Positions 32,101 to 39,575 of a stretch of 64,000 bases of DNA are shown piece after piece (positions within the stretch are counted from its first letter, which is position 1; the number at the start of each line of letters is the position of its first letter). Origin of the DNA: a virus. Taxonomy: Duplodnaviria > Caudoviricetes. The stretch lies in IMG/VR virus record IMGVR_UViG_3300017917_003016, positions 137,733 through 201,732 of that record. One strand, given 5' to 3'. The translations under genes were made by a program, and so were the position numbers. The notes under the pieces were generated by a model. The model searched no databases, was not told where the DNA came from, and was given only the letters and a program-made list of their open reading frames with translations.

Positions 32101-32978
32101 CTGTTGGCGGAGGTATAGTAATCGGTGGTACGAGTGGTGTAAACGTTTCTGTCTCTGGCGCCGGTATTATAAACCTTAATAATGGTACACAATTTCTACA
32201 GGTTAACTCTGGTAACATACTTGTTTCTGGAACTTTGTTAACCACAACCGGTAGCAACATTCTACTTGCGGGCAATACCTCACATGGTACTGTGGGCGTA
32301 GTATCAGGAGCATATCACAACTTCGTTGGTAACATCAACCAGTACACATCAGGTGGTGCTGTGTACATCAACACCACTGGCAATGTAATGGCCCAAGTAG
32401 GTAACTTTGTTGATGTAAACCCCTTGGGTAATCTGGTTGCGGGACAGTCTATTGGGGATACAACTGCTGTTTGGAATAATGCCTACGTGGGTAACGTTTG
32501 GGCATATGGTAATATCATACCTAGTTCTAGCAATACCTATACTTTGGGAAGTTCCACTGTTTGGTGGAGTAGAGTGTGGTCAGTGGCAGTCAATGCACAA
32601 TACGCTGACTTGGCAGAAAACTACACCAGTGACTGCAACTATGAACCCGGAACTGTGGTGGTTTTTGGTGGTGAAAAAGAAGTTACAGTGTCAACCGCAT
32701 CTCATGATCCTGCTGTGGCAGGTGTAGTTTCTACCAATCCAGCCTATCTGATGAATGCAGCCACAGAGGGTATATCTGTTGCACTACAAGGACGAGTACC
32801 CACTTGGGTCAAAGGACCAGTACGTAAGGGCGATAGATTGGTCTCTAGTAAAATCAAAGGAATTGCTGAACGCCTATACACTCCAAATTATGTTCCAGGA
32901 TGTATCATTGGCAAGTCTTTGGAAAATATAGATACTGATGAAATTTGCCTGATCGAAGTGGTAGTAGGCAGAGTTTAA
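26136..32978 (+). CDS. Long modular tail fibre/adhesin (2280 aa) with YadA-like repeats and C-terminal Peptidase_G2/IMC-like domain
   Basis: Repeated YSNVQVATYLPTY and SG.FHSFVGN...SGGAVY.NTTGN modules; 16-aa AIG repeats; AQYADLAENY...IEVVVGRV end. Confidence 0.82.
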   Translation: MASLTKVKITNIDTSIVYVADPLVSLNYGSTLANTDIGFVFNRDGGISSNVALFWNETTDRLTVAYTTSAGSINSNISIAKYANIAADWYFGNLAGGTNGNTYVIGNILPTANGLYNFGSPTARWNIGYFAASTIDLGGSQISVDPVNGFKFSVGGTGTPTFLASNGLVSGSSLTTSGTLNVGTTAAVGSNLTVGGYINSLGNIIAAAGTFNNLVINLGNIIAQGGYFIGNGSQLTGIPAGYSNVQTAAYLNTQGYNLYSNVNVAAYLNTQGYNLYSNVNVAVYLTNNGYINTNSAYSNANVVSYLTTNNYTTQLYVDSANTSLKNYVDGQITAANAGVTAANIGIQGFINLGNVNLRNYVDGQITAANAGVVAANVGMKGYVDSQVSAANIAWQANAYQQQALIGNIQSSSYSNVNVNAYLTTNGYINTNSAYGNGNVASYLPTYTGNLSAGNLTVNGSITISGSDGNISGVNNLTASGYINTSGNILAKNIVGSLVTASQANITTVGNLTGLSVAGTTTVYGTAQFASAIRDNVGSLGSTGRFLMSSSTGALWTIPYGLGNFASNVLVDQLSVNVAVAGSNVIFVSQFGLTTQGWINATGNVMAGDATVFKANINSTQNSTEFNNGALVVAGGVGIAKDVYIQGNLYVANVIATASNVLTITSPLLYLVSNAYPYNYDIGFYGHFVGGVGNIYQHSGFVRNYLDGTWRLFSNVITEPSEGIVTFDSGILYDPIWTGGMDSYGNINLKNNSLLNINNPPGTYSNSPINASWNANGYVQINIQNINSVGNLVSADFIATAPDGNDGSKFIDLGINGNNWSSGSWTVSGANDGYLYINQGNLTIGTETPGKVPKIHVGGLLSQNITTTFDISTTYFTTQLNINSQNLSAAVVNGGTSGIGNIGAASGRFGTVFGSDLNVTGNVLSAGGTFNNIVVNSGNINAVGGYFIGNGAFLTGIVTGGGSSYSNVQVATYLPTYSGNIANIVLSPAGTLIANVPSQRIMISGANISITGDDGNLQYTHIPSGITWNKYDTSPSYTGYYRPDSIGLYRGDYSSLMDIAPENIKISSLGSTKFEANATTIYTVGNVRAGNMFLSASGSITFADGTVQTTAASYSNVQVATYLPTYTGTVGASLVNSTGNILGAGLSVFGNVRMGIAGAVSGQFHSFVGNVTQTSSGGAVYINTTGNIIAANITAANITTTGNVLFGNVVTGNIIAGNLLVGNIVSTANINAIGHLRVYSGQQAFGGSGNIQLISSSGTPWLNLGITPGPSNAIIEMQVATATSPALRFSASSAGGSNITLYSTGTVAGAYTYTNIIDSGSGADILLATRNLVISGSGASASVTVNINGSITANSLTASGNTSHGTVGAISGQFHSFVGNVTQVTSGGAVYFNTTGNLLVGGNVALFGNTRFGTAGIVSGAYHNFVGNINQYTSGGAVYFNTTGNLLVGGIAQISNIRLGASGNIQFADGTVQTTAATGAVSTIYANVGVILGNPTSSNLAVGTNAGSTNQGANAISIGFNAGSQNQGVQGIAIGATAGNAFQGTVAVAIGVGAGQINQASGATAIGYQAGQNGQRGLSVAIGYQTGQNDQQGTATAVGMWAGQNSQGNNTVAMGYNAAVYSQGDQGIALGYYAGWSSQGPSSIAIGESAGQTSQGTAAVAIGRLSGTDNQGPYTVAIGYQAGYQSQSANSVVIGTNAGYLNTPANTIVISGDGSNLSPASWGTFLNPIKPDTSPSNILYYNTTTKEVTYGAAAAGSYSNVQVATYLPTYTGTVSASLVNSTGNVLAAGLSVFGNARIGIAGAVSGQFHSVVGNITQTSSGGAVYINTTGNILANVGTFSSLNVNGSITASNQISITSLTGLGIGIGASAPSTGLSLQAGSGSILLGTSGAITNVQIGAGSTTSIGIGTSPPTGGIQIGSGASTSIGIGATAPGSGIQVGSGSGCIVVTGSTVTLGQAGASVAIGTSLPGGGGIAIGGSGTSIGIGIAPTVGGGIVIGGTSGVNVSVSGAGIINLNNGTQFLQVNSGNILVSGTLLTTTGSNILLAGNTSHGTVGVVSGAYHNFVGNINQYTSGGAVYINTTGNVMAQVGNFVDVNPLGNLVAGQSIGDTTAVWNNAYVGNVWAYGNIIPSSSNTYTLGSSTVWWSRVWSVAVNAQYADLAENYTSDCNYEPGTVVVFGGEKEVTVSTASHDPAVAGVVSTNPAYLMNAATEGISVALQGRVPTWVKGPVRKGDRLVSSKIKGIAERLYTPNYVPGCIIGKSLENIDTDEICLIEVVVGRV
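26877..26978 (+). repeat. Two near-identical in-frame 51-nt tandem copies
   Basis: gctgcttatctgaacacacaggggtataac... at 26877 and 26928 (AAYLNTQGYNLYSNVNV x2). Confidence 0.95.
27111..27241 (+). repeat. 32-nt exact direct repeat, 99-nt period, in frame
   Basis: aactacgtagatggtcaaattacagcagccaa at 27111 and 27210. Confidence 0.92.
29469..31632 (+). repeat. About 230-nt duplicated module (29469-29700 and 31401-31632)
   Basis: SYSNVQVATYLPTYTGTV.ASLVNSTGN.L.AGLSVFGN...GGAVYINTTGNI present twice. Confidence 0.9.
30633..31229 (+). repeat. 13 tandem 16-aa YadA-head-like repeats
   Basis: (N/S)QGxxA(V/I)AIGxxAGxx period. Confidence 0.88.
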
Positions 32979-32988
32979 ACTCTATGTC

Positions 32989-32996
32989 GATAAATA
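32989..32996 (+). promoter_or_regulatory. Late promoter GATAAATA
   Basis: Intergenic, before 33017. Confidence 0.7.
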
Positions 32997-33016
32997 AGTA
33001 AAATATAGAATAAATT

Positions 33017-33190
33017 ATGTCTGGAAATTTATACATAGGTCCTGGTATTACAATAGGCAGCGGTATTACTGTTACCATGTTGCCCTACGTTCCTGAGCCC
33101 GGGTGGGATTTTTCTGGTGACATGATGGTACTAACTGGCACAGTTGATCTGACCACAGAGACTGGTGCTGATGTAGATTTAAATGCATAA
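33017..33190 (+). CDS. 57-aa probable virion protein
   Basis: Below track cutoff: MSGNLYIGPGITIGSGITVTMLPYVPEPGWDFSGDMMVLTGTVDLTTETGADVDLNA. Confidence 0.7.
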   Translation: MSGNLYIGPGITIGSGITVTMLPYVPEPGWDFSGDMMVLTGTVDLTTETGADVDLNA

Positions 33191-33202
33191 AAGAGAATAA
33201 AC

Positions 33203-34168
33203 ATGCCAAAGACCCTACAATTTAGAAGAGACACTACCGCAAACCTAGCAGCCGTAACAGGTTCAATTGGAGAATTGTTTGTTGACACTACTAAAGACAC
33301 AGTAGTAGTCATGGATGGCAGCACAGCAGGCGGTTTTCCTTTGGCTAAATTTACTGATGTCACTGCTGCAAATTTGGGTATGAAGGGATATGTTGACAGT
33401 GTTGCCGGCGGCAGTTATTCCAACGTACAGGTGGCTACATACTTGCCCACGTATTCGGGAAATATTGCCAACGTCAGACTTGGTGTAAGTGGAAGATTAA
33501 CATTCCCAGACGGTACAGTACAGACCACAGCAGCCGCTGGGGGTGGCTCAAGTTATAGCAATTCCAACGTGGCCAGTTACTTGACCACAGGTCAAATTAC
33601 TATATCTAACATCAAACTAGCACCAAGTGGTAATATTGTATTTGCTGATGGTACAGTACAGACTACTGCTGCCGCAGGCAGCGGATCAAGTTATGGCAAT
33701 GCCAACGTAGCAAGTTACTTACCAACGTACTTGGGTAACATTTCTGCAGCCAATGTTTGGGTAAACAGTGGTGCTGTACAAATTTCTGACAACAGCATTG
33801 TACTACCAAATGATACCAGCAGTCTAAGTATTGGTCAAACTTTTGGTAACAGTTTCGCTTTTAGTACTTCGTTTGTTGGTAGCAATTGGCCTGTTCTGCA
33901 GATAAGAAAATCTACATTCAACGCTAGCAGCTTTATCTATGCAGAGGGATTAAGTGTAAACGATTTCAGTGGTAATACTACCCAATATTTCTTCAATGAA
34001 ATGCGAATTATCAGCGGTAGTAATGTTACAGTTGCTAATACACAGGGTGTATTTGCCAATGCAATTTACAGCACAGGAGGATTCTTCTGGGCTAACGGGA
34101 CACCATATTCAACTGGCAGTGCCTCTTTAACATTGGCCAACTTACATGCAGTGGCCTTATCTTTTTAA
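33203..34168 (+). CDS. Tail fibre with Mtd_N (major tropism determinant N-terminal)-like domain
   Basis: LQFRRDTT...TGSIGELFVDTTKDTVVVMDGSTAGGFPLA; internal modules shared with 26136-32978. Confidence 0.8.
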   Translation: MPKTLQFRRDTTANLAAVTGSIGELFVDTTKDTVVVMDGSTAGGFPLAKFTDVTAANLGMKGYVDSVAGGSYSNVQVATYLPTYSGNIANVRLGVSGRLTFPDGTVQTTAAAGGGSSYSNSNVASYLTTGQITISNIKLAPSGNIVFADGTVQTTAAAGSGSSYGNANVASYLPTYLGNISAANVWVNSGAVQISDNSIVLPNDTSSLSIGQTFGNSFAFSTSFVGSNWPVLQIRKSTFNASSFIYAEGLSVNDFSGNTTQYFFNEMRIISGSNVTVANTQGVFANAIYSTGGFFWANGTPYSTGSASLTLANLHAVALSF

Positions 34169-34180
34169 AAGGAATAAATT

Positions 34181-34612
34181 ATGGCAAAAACATTTACAGC
34201 ACCATTTGCTCAAGCACCAAAATGTGTAACTGCAGTAAGTTCAAATACTGCAGCAGGTATCACCACAGATTCAATATCGAACTCAACGCTACTGCTGACA
34301 GCAGGGGCTGACGGTGCTCTAATAACTCGACTAGTAGCAATGCCAAGAACCACAATTGGAGCAACTGCTGCTTATCTTTTCCATTCAAATAACAGTGGAA
34401 CTACACAAAGAATTATAGATAGCATCACTTTAGGAGCACAAACTCTTGCGAGTTCTACTCAAAGTTCTGGTATTATATTGACTGCATTTACCAATATCAG
34501 TGAAACTACTCCCTTGCGTTTAGGGGCAGGCGAATCAATTTATGTTGGTATAGGAAACACCCAACCGTCTGGTAATGGTATTGTGTTTAGTGCCCAATAT
34601 ACGGATTTCTGA
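34181..34612 (+). CDS. Tail-fibre accessory protein
   Basis: MAKTFTAPFAQAPK...LLTAGADGALITRL.AMPR, recalled from proteobacterial prophage tail regions. Confidence 0.65.
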   Translation: MAKTFTAPFAQAPKCVTAVSSNTAAGITTDSISNSTLLLTAGADGALITRLVAMPRTTIGATAAYLFHSNNSGTTQRIIDSITLGAQTLASSTQSSGIILTAFTNISETTPLRLGAGESIYVGIGNTQPSGNGIVFSAQYTDF

Positions 34613-34614
34613 CC

Positions 34615-36033
34615 ATGACCTATGCATTTGCTCCACGCGGCGCGCCAACAGTTGGCAAAGGATTGGGCGGCCTTCCACAAAGAACAGATTCAGAGATAGT
34701 TACCACAACTGTTTTAGGATCTTGTGCAGTGGGTGATTATGTATACACAGCAATGAGCGGTTATCCTTCCTATGCTTTTAAATCGTTTGCTACAAATGGT
34801 ACTGGACCTGCTGCAGTAAATTTTCAAAATCGTGTTCGAAAAGGAAGTTCAGTTGCAACACCATCTATAGGTGCCAGTTCGTTTGGGGCTAAATTTAATC
34901 CCATTACAAATCAATTTATGGTATTTGATACTACTAAAATAGGAATTTATAATTCTAACCTGACTTTGCAGGGCACAGTTACTAGTACATCAATTACTAG
35001 TTATTTAATTCCAAGAATGTCTGTTAATTCACTCAATGGAGATTTTGTTCTCAGTGTAGTTGATAGCAGCGATGGTTACAAATCAAAATTAATTAGATAT
35101 GATAGATTTGGTACACTGCTAGGAAATACAACCATAGATACTACCTTAGATTATGGCGGAGCAGCAGTTGCACACCATCCAGTTACTGGCAATATCCTAG
35201 CAGTTTTTACTAATCAAGGAGCAGGACCGGGGTGGCCCAGTTATGCTACATTTTATTCTAACGGAAGTGTAATTACATCCAAAACCTCGTTGGTCTCGGG
35301 CCCAGCACCATACTACTCAGAGTTAGGGTATAATCCTAATGATAACAGTTGGGTATATACCTATAGAGATCAAGGCGCGCCTCTTGGTTATGCAGGGTAT
35401 TTTCTAATTCAAAGCGGTAATACCTTAGTAAAATCTCAAACTTTATTTAGTAATGTTGCAAACTATGTACCGAGCAGAATTAGTTTTAATTCAAGCAACG
35501 GCGATTTTATGGTAACATATCTTAACTCTAGTTCTTACCCTAGTTTTCAAATTTTTAATAAGTCAGGAAACGTAGTTGTAAGTGAAACAGTTGTAGAAAG
35601 CGTTGCCAGTGGTCAAGTGCTTTCGGACTGGAACAGTAGCACTCAACAATTTTTTGTACTATATGCTACCAGTTCAGGCATCTCAGTAAAACTTGCTAAT
35701 TATAGCGCAAACGGTGTTATTAGCGGATCAATTGTTACTCTCGAAAGCAATGTGGCTGGATTCACTGGCCAATTTACATCATTTTCTTATATTCCCAATG
35801 TTGACGAACTTTTCTATTTTGACTACCCAAATTCTCTTCCAACATTAAATTTTGCCACACAAACAGTATCAACTGGTGATTATTATATATCTGGTATTTC
35901 ACTAGATAGTGCTTCTACTATAAGCGGACAAACAGTAAGGATATTAAAATCAGGAACACCGTCTTCCTTAACCGCAGATTTTCGTGCGGCTAATCCCAAG
36001 GGAGTAGCAATAGGTACCGGAGCATTCAAATGA
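34615..36033 (+). CDS. Distal fibre/receptor-binding protein, possible beta-propeller
   Basis: Repeating aromatic beta units (NPITNQFMVF, HPVTGNILAVF, NPNDNSWVYTY, NSSNGDFMVTY, NSSTQQFFVLY). Confidence 0.6.
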   Translation: MTYAFAPRGAPTVGKGLGGLPQRTDSEIVTTTVLGSCAVGDYVYTAMSGYPSYAFKSFATNGTGPAAVNFQNRVRKGSSVATPSIGASSFGAKFNPITNQFMVFDTTKIGIYNSNLTLQGTVTSTSITSYLIPRMSVNSLNGDFVLSVVDSSDGYKSKLIRYDRFGTLLGNTTIDTTLDYGGAAVAHHPVTGNILAVFTNQGAGPGWPSYATFYSNGSVITSKTSLVSGPAPYYSELGYNPNDNSWVYTYRDQGAPLGYAGYFLIQSGNTLVKSQTLFSNVANYVPSRISFNSSNGDFMVTYLNSSSYPSFQIFNKSGNVVVSETVVESVASGQVLSDWNSSTQQFFVLYATSSGISVKLANYSANGVISGSIVTLESNVAGFTGQFTSFSYIPNVDELFYFDYPNSLPTLNFATQTVSTGDYYISGISLDSASTISGQTVRILKSGTPSSLTADFRAANPKGVAIGTGAFK

Positions 36034-36371
36034 AATATTTATCTAGAGACAATAACTATATTGCAGAAGCAGAGTCCATAGTCTACGATGATAATCGTAG
36101 GGGTTGGGTAGTTGACAATGTTCTATATTCAGATGTTGGCGGAACCATGTATTCTGTTGTCGACACCAGACCCCCAAAAGATTCTAGAGAGATTATACTA
36201 GAGCGCAATCGCAGATTGGCAGAATCAGACTGGACCCAATACCCAAAATCCACAGTTGACAAAACTGCATGGGAAATTTATCGACAGGCTCTAAGAGACT
36301 TACCGAAACAAGAAAATTTTCCCTATCAATTTATTTGGCCAACTCCTCCAGGATCATTAACATCCCCTTAA
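36030..36371 (+). CDS. Tail-fibre assembly chaperone (Phage_tail_APC-like)
   Basis: ERNRRLAESDWTQ...AWEIYRQALRDLPKQENFP...WPTPP. Confidence 0.85.
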   Translation: MKYLSRDNNYIAEAESIVYDDNRRGWVVDNVLYSDVGGTMYSVVDTRPPKDSREIILERNRRLAESDWTQYPKSTVDKTAWEIYRQALRDLPKQENFPYQFIWPTPPGSLTSP

Positions 36372-36386
36372 ATTGTAATTTAACAG

Positions 36387-36415
36387 TTGACAACACTGTC
36401 AATTGATCTTATAAT
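36387..36415 (+). promoter_or_regulatory. Sigma70 consensus promoter with dyad over the -35
   Basis: TTGACA(36387)-17-TATAAT(36410); TTGACA-ACAC-TGTCAA inverted repeat. Confidence 0.85.
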
Positions 36416-36448
36416 AGGCTATCGATACTAGCAAAAAAGGTCGCAATT

Positions 36449-36823
36449 TTGCAAAATCTTCTGCCAATTGGTAGCCAAATTACTGTTACTACCCAATATA
36501 ATCTACCCAACGTCAAACCTCGCACTGTTACTGGTACTGTTTTGCCCAGGCCTCGTTGGCTGCAGCCCAATGAGATTGCAGTGAGCAATCCCTATCATCT
36601 AGATGGTATGTCCGTGATCAATCTCAATCGTGTGGTTAACCTGCGTGATGCTCAAGGACGCAAAATTGATTTTACCATGCCCGATGTCAGCGATCGTACT
36701 TGGACTGTACAGGGCAGCAAGGGCAAGGTATATCAAGTGGTTCGCAAGTCTGGCGCGGTCAAATGTTCCTGCCCAGGATTTCAATTTCGCCGTAACTGTC
36801 GACATATTCTAGAGGTGGCCTAA
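36449..36823 (+). CDS. SWIM zinc-finger protein
   Basis: WTVQGSKGKVYQV...CSCPGFQFRRNCRHI. Confidence 0.8.
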   Translation: MQNLLPIGSQITVTTQYNLPNVKPRTVTGTVLPRPRWLQPNEIAVSNPYHLDGMSVINLNRVVNLRDAQGRKIDFTMPDVSDRTWTVQGSKGKVYQVVRKSGAVKCSCPGFQFRRNCRHILEVA

Positions 36824-38136
36824 TGGACACAGCCAGTCAAATTATTCGTGCGCTGGAAACACACAACCTGCGTACTAACAAAGAAGCAATTATTCTTGCA
36901 CAAGCGCAAGCAGGTAACGATGAATTCTTTGAAGGATGTCGTCTTGCTCTGGATTCGATGATCACCTTTGGCATCAAAGCAGTCAGTGAAAAAACTGATC
37001 AGGTTGGCACAGGTCTCAGTTGGCAGGGGTTTCGTAAACTTGCAGATGCACTGGCTTCGCGACAACTCACAGGTAACGAAGCACAGACTGCGGTAGCACA
37101 TGCTCGTCTCAAAGCCACTCAAGAACAATGGAACTATTGGTATCGCCGTATTTTGATCAAAGATCTACGCTGCGGTGTCAGTGAAAAGACCATTAACAAG
37201 GTGGTTGGTAAGAAATTTAAACAGTATGAAGTTCCTACGTTTACCTGCCAACTGGCGCATGACAGTGCCAATCACGAAGAAAAGATCACCGGTGAACGAT
37301 TGATTGAAGTTAAACTTGACGGTGTGCGTGTGATCACTATTGTGTATCCCAACGGTCATGTCACCCAATACAGTCGCAACGGCAAAGAATTGGTAAACTT
37401 TGAACATATTAAGCAACAGATCAGTCGACATGCATTTATGTTTGCAGAGCCTGTGGTACTCGATGGCGAAGTAATGTCAGCAAGTTTTCAAGATCTTATG
37501 AAGCAGGTACATCGTAAGAGCAATGTTGCTGCTGATGATGCGGTACTGAATCTGTTTGATATCGTTACGCTGCAGGAATTTCTTGCAGGTCAAGGTCAGC
37601 ATCGTCAGATTGATCGCAGTTACAGTCTTGCAGCCTGGTATCGACAGTGTGCAGAACATATGCCTAATGTAACCATAGTTGGGCAAGAACTTGTTGACCT
37701 GCGCGAACCTGCAGGTCAGGCTAGGTTCCGAGAAATCAATCAAGAAGCCATTGCAGGTGGATACGAAGGTATCATGATCAAAGATCCCAGTGCGATCTAC
37801 GAGTGTAAGCGCACTGCGTCGTGGCTCAAACTTAAACCTTTTATTGAAGTTAGTCTGGAGGTTAAAAGTGTCGAAGAAGGAACAGGTCGTAATCAGGGAC
37901 GGCTCGGAGCATTTGTTTGTCAAGGAATCGATGACGGACGAACCATTAGTACCAATGTGGGTTCGGGCTTTACCGATAGTGACCGTAGCGTATTTTGGAA
38001 CTCACGTGCTGATTTGGTTGGTCAGATCGTTGAAGTCCGCGCCGACGCCGTGACACAGAACCAAGATGGCTCATACAGTCTGCGTTTCCCGCGTTTTCTT
38101 CGTTTTCGTGGTTTTGAGCCCGGGGAAAAACTGTAA
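36823..38136 (+). CDS. lig: ATP-dependent DNA ligase
   Basis: EVKLDGVR (motif I), VLDGE, YEGIMIKD, WLKLKP, VGSGF, SLRFPRF. Confidence 0.95.
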   Translation: MDTASQIIRALETHNLRTNKEAIILAQAQAGNDEFFEGCRLALDSMITFGIKAVSEKTDQVGTGLSWQGFRKLADALASRQLTGNEAQTAVAHARLKATQEQWNYWYRRILIKDLRCGVSEKTINKVVGKKFKQYEVPTFTCQLAHDSANHEEKITGERLIEVKLDGVRVITIVYPNGHVTQYSRNGKELVNFEHIKQQISRHAFMFAEPVVLDGEVMSASFQDLMKQVHRKSNVAADDAVLNLFDIVTLQEFLAGQGQHRQIDRSYSLAAWYRQCAEHMPNVTIVGQELVDLREPAGQARFREINQEAIAGGYEGIMIKDPSAIYECKRTASWLKLKPFIEVSLEVKSVEEGTGRNQGRLGAFVCQGIDDGRTISTNVGSGFTDSDRSVFWNSRADLVGQIVEVRADAVTQNQDGSYSLRFPRFLRFRGFEPGEKL

Positions 38137-38154
38137 TTTTGGTTAGATTATCAA

Positions 38155-38207
38155 TTGACCTAGATTGCAGTATAATGTATTATATTGACTGCTGATAGTT
38201 ATCAGCA
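38155..38207 (+). promoter_or_regulatory. Sigma70-like promoter with a downstream palindrome
   Basis: TTGACC(38155)-17-TATTAT(38178); TGCTGATA-GT-TATCAGCA at 38190-38207. Confidence 0.65.
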
Positions 38208-38243
38208 TTTCTATTTCACTTTTTCAACTAGGAGAAACAAGCG

Positions 38244-38600
38244 ATGTCAAAGAAGCAAACCAAGCAAGTAAAGAAGTCTAAGCAAAGTATGGTCACTACC
38301 ACGGTAACCTCATCCAAGGCTGCAACTTCTACTAAGTCAGTTAACAAGCCCACTGTTAACCTAATGAAGGTTACCAATCAGACTGCATTCCTTGAGAAGT
38401 ATCTGCGTGGCACCGGCCGCACCCTTAGCGAAGCACAGGCTCGCGCTAACTATGGCATCACTAATTTGAGCGCACGTATCAGTGAACTGCGTAAGGCTGG
38501 TCTTAAGGTTCTTGCTGCACCTAACAGCACTGGCAAGGTTGCCTACAGCGTTAGTGCACGTTCCATCACTGGCTCACGTGCACGTGTGTTTAATGTCTAA
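38244..38600 (+). CDS. Winged helix-turn-helix DNA-binding protein with basic N-terminal tail
   Basis: LSEAQARANYGITNLSARISELRKAGLKV; SD AGGAG. Confidence 0.75.
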   Translation: MSKKQTKQVKKSKQSMVTTTVTSSKAATSTKSVNKPTVNLMKVTNQTAFLEKYLRGTGRTLSEAQARANYGITNLSARISELRKAGLKVLAAPNSTGKVAYSVSARSITGSRARVFNV

Positions 38601-38617
38601 TTAGATTTTAAACCATT

Positions 38618-38646
38618 AAAAAACCGCCCATATGGGCGGTTTTTTT
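38618..38646. terminator. Bidirectional terminator between convergent genes
   Basis: AAAAAACCGCCCA-TA-TGGGCGGTTTTTT. Confidence 0.9.
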
Positions 38647-38974
38647 ATTCTGGAAATACCGGAGTTGGTCTTGGTGTGATGTCAGTTGTATGATAAAAAC
38701 TTTGTACAAGGGTTATTCCGTGAGAAGTATGCCAAGCAGCGAGGTCTGCTATCATCTGCGGGTCAGTTAAACGCCATTGATCTAAGAATTCGTTTAATTT
38801 TACATCATCATCAAAAACAAATGTCATTTGTTTTTGAAAAACCAAAAAATTTTCAGATTCTACATATGCCATGAGTTGATTATACCACTCAGTGGAGTAA
38901 AAGGATGGAGGGAAAAAATCAACATTGTCCGGGGGATCATTACCTAAAACTTGTAAATGATAAACTGATTTCAT
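38645..38974 (-). CDS. Hypothetical protein
   Basis: 109-aa ORF; late-like ATAAATA on minus strand at 39048-39054. Confidence 0.7.
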   Translation of the reverse strand: MKSVYHLQVLGNDPPDNVDFFPPSFYSTEWYNQLMAYVESENFLVFQKQMTFVFDDDVKLNEFLDQWRLTDPQMIADLAAWHTSHGITLVQSFYHTTDITPRPTPVFPE

Positions 38975-38994
38975 TTTAATTTAACCTTTGCCAA

Positions 38995-39023
38995 TTGACA
39001 AACACGTAAAACGATGTTAGAAT
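38995..39023 (+). promoter_or_regulatory. Sigma70 promoter
   Basis: TTGACA(38995)-17-TAGAAT(39018). Confidence 0.8.
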
Positions 39024-39077
39024 AGTAATATCTTAACCGTTTATTATTATTTATTTAATTTAGGAAAAAATATAACT

Positions 39078-39536
39078 ATGAAATATTTTGCATATGGAAT
39101 GAACACCAATCTACAGTCTATGCGAGGTCGATGTCCCCACGCACAAAGTCTTGGTCAGGCTGTGCTGCAAAACTATCAATTTGAATTCAAGGGTTGTGCA
39201 ACAGTAGTTCCCAACTTTGACAGTAAAGTAGACGGTGTACTTTGGGAAATCACTGATCAATGTGAAAGATCTCTGGATATGCTAGAAGGATACCCGCATC
39301 TTTATTTTAAAGTCAATGTTATGGTCGTCAAAGACGGTCTATATGTGCCAGCAATGACCTACATGATGCCACCTGAGTTGTCTTTGTCTTACCCCAGCGA
39401 ACACTATCTTAACATGCTAGATCAAGGATACATTGAGCATGGAATTAGTCTGCGCCAGTTGAACCATGCCCTAAAAAGAGTCAATCTTACCAAAGATCGA
39501 GACTTGACATTTTGGGAAAAAGAATATACTATGTAA
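39078..39536 (+). CDS. Gamma-glutamylcyclotransferase (AIG2/GGCT-like)
   Basis: MKYFAYGMN, VDGVLWEI, LDMLEGYP..Y. Confidence 0.88.
   Translation: MKYFAYGMNTNLQSMRGRCPHAQSLGQAVLQNYQFEFKGCATVVPNFDSKVDGVLWEITDQCERSLDMLEGYPHLYFKVNVMVVKDGLYVPAMTYMMPPELSLSYPSEHYLNMLDQGYIEHGISLRQLNHALKRVNLTKDRDLTFWEKEYTM
39504..39532 (+). promoter_or_regulatory. Sigma70 promoter inside the GGCT 3' end
   Basis: TTGACA(39504)-17-TACTAT(39527). Confidence 0.65.
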
Positions 39537-39575
39537 CTGTCGTGACAAATGTCACATTTTGAGAAGGAGTAATAG

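Noticed and set aside
33203-34168. Diversity-generating retroelement suggested by Mtd_N
   Set aside because: No reverse transcriptase in the window, no C-type lectin tip, and no repeat pair differing specifically at adenines.
38686-38874. 62-aa plus-strand ORF opposite 38645-38974
   Set aside because: It lies downstream of a strong bidirectional terminator. The minus-strand gene has a late promoter and ends at that terminator.
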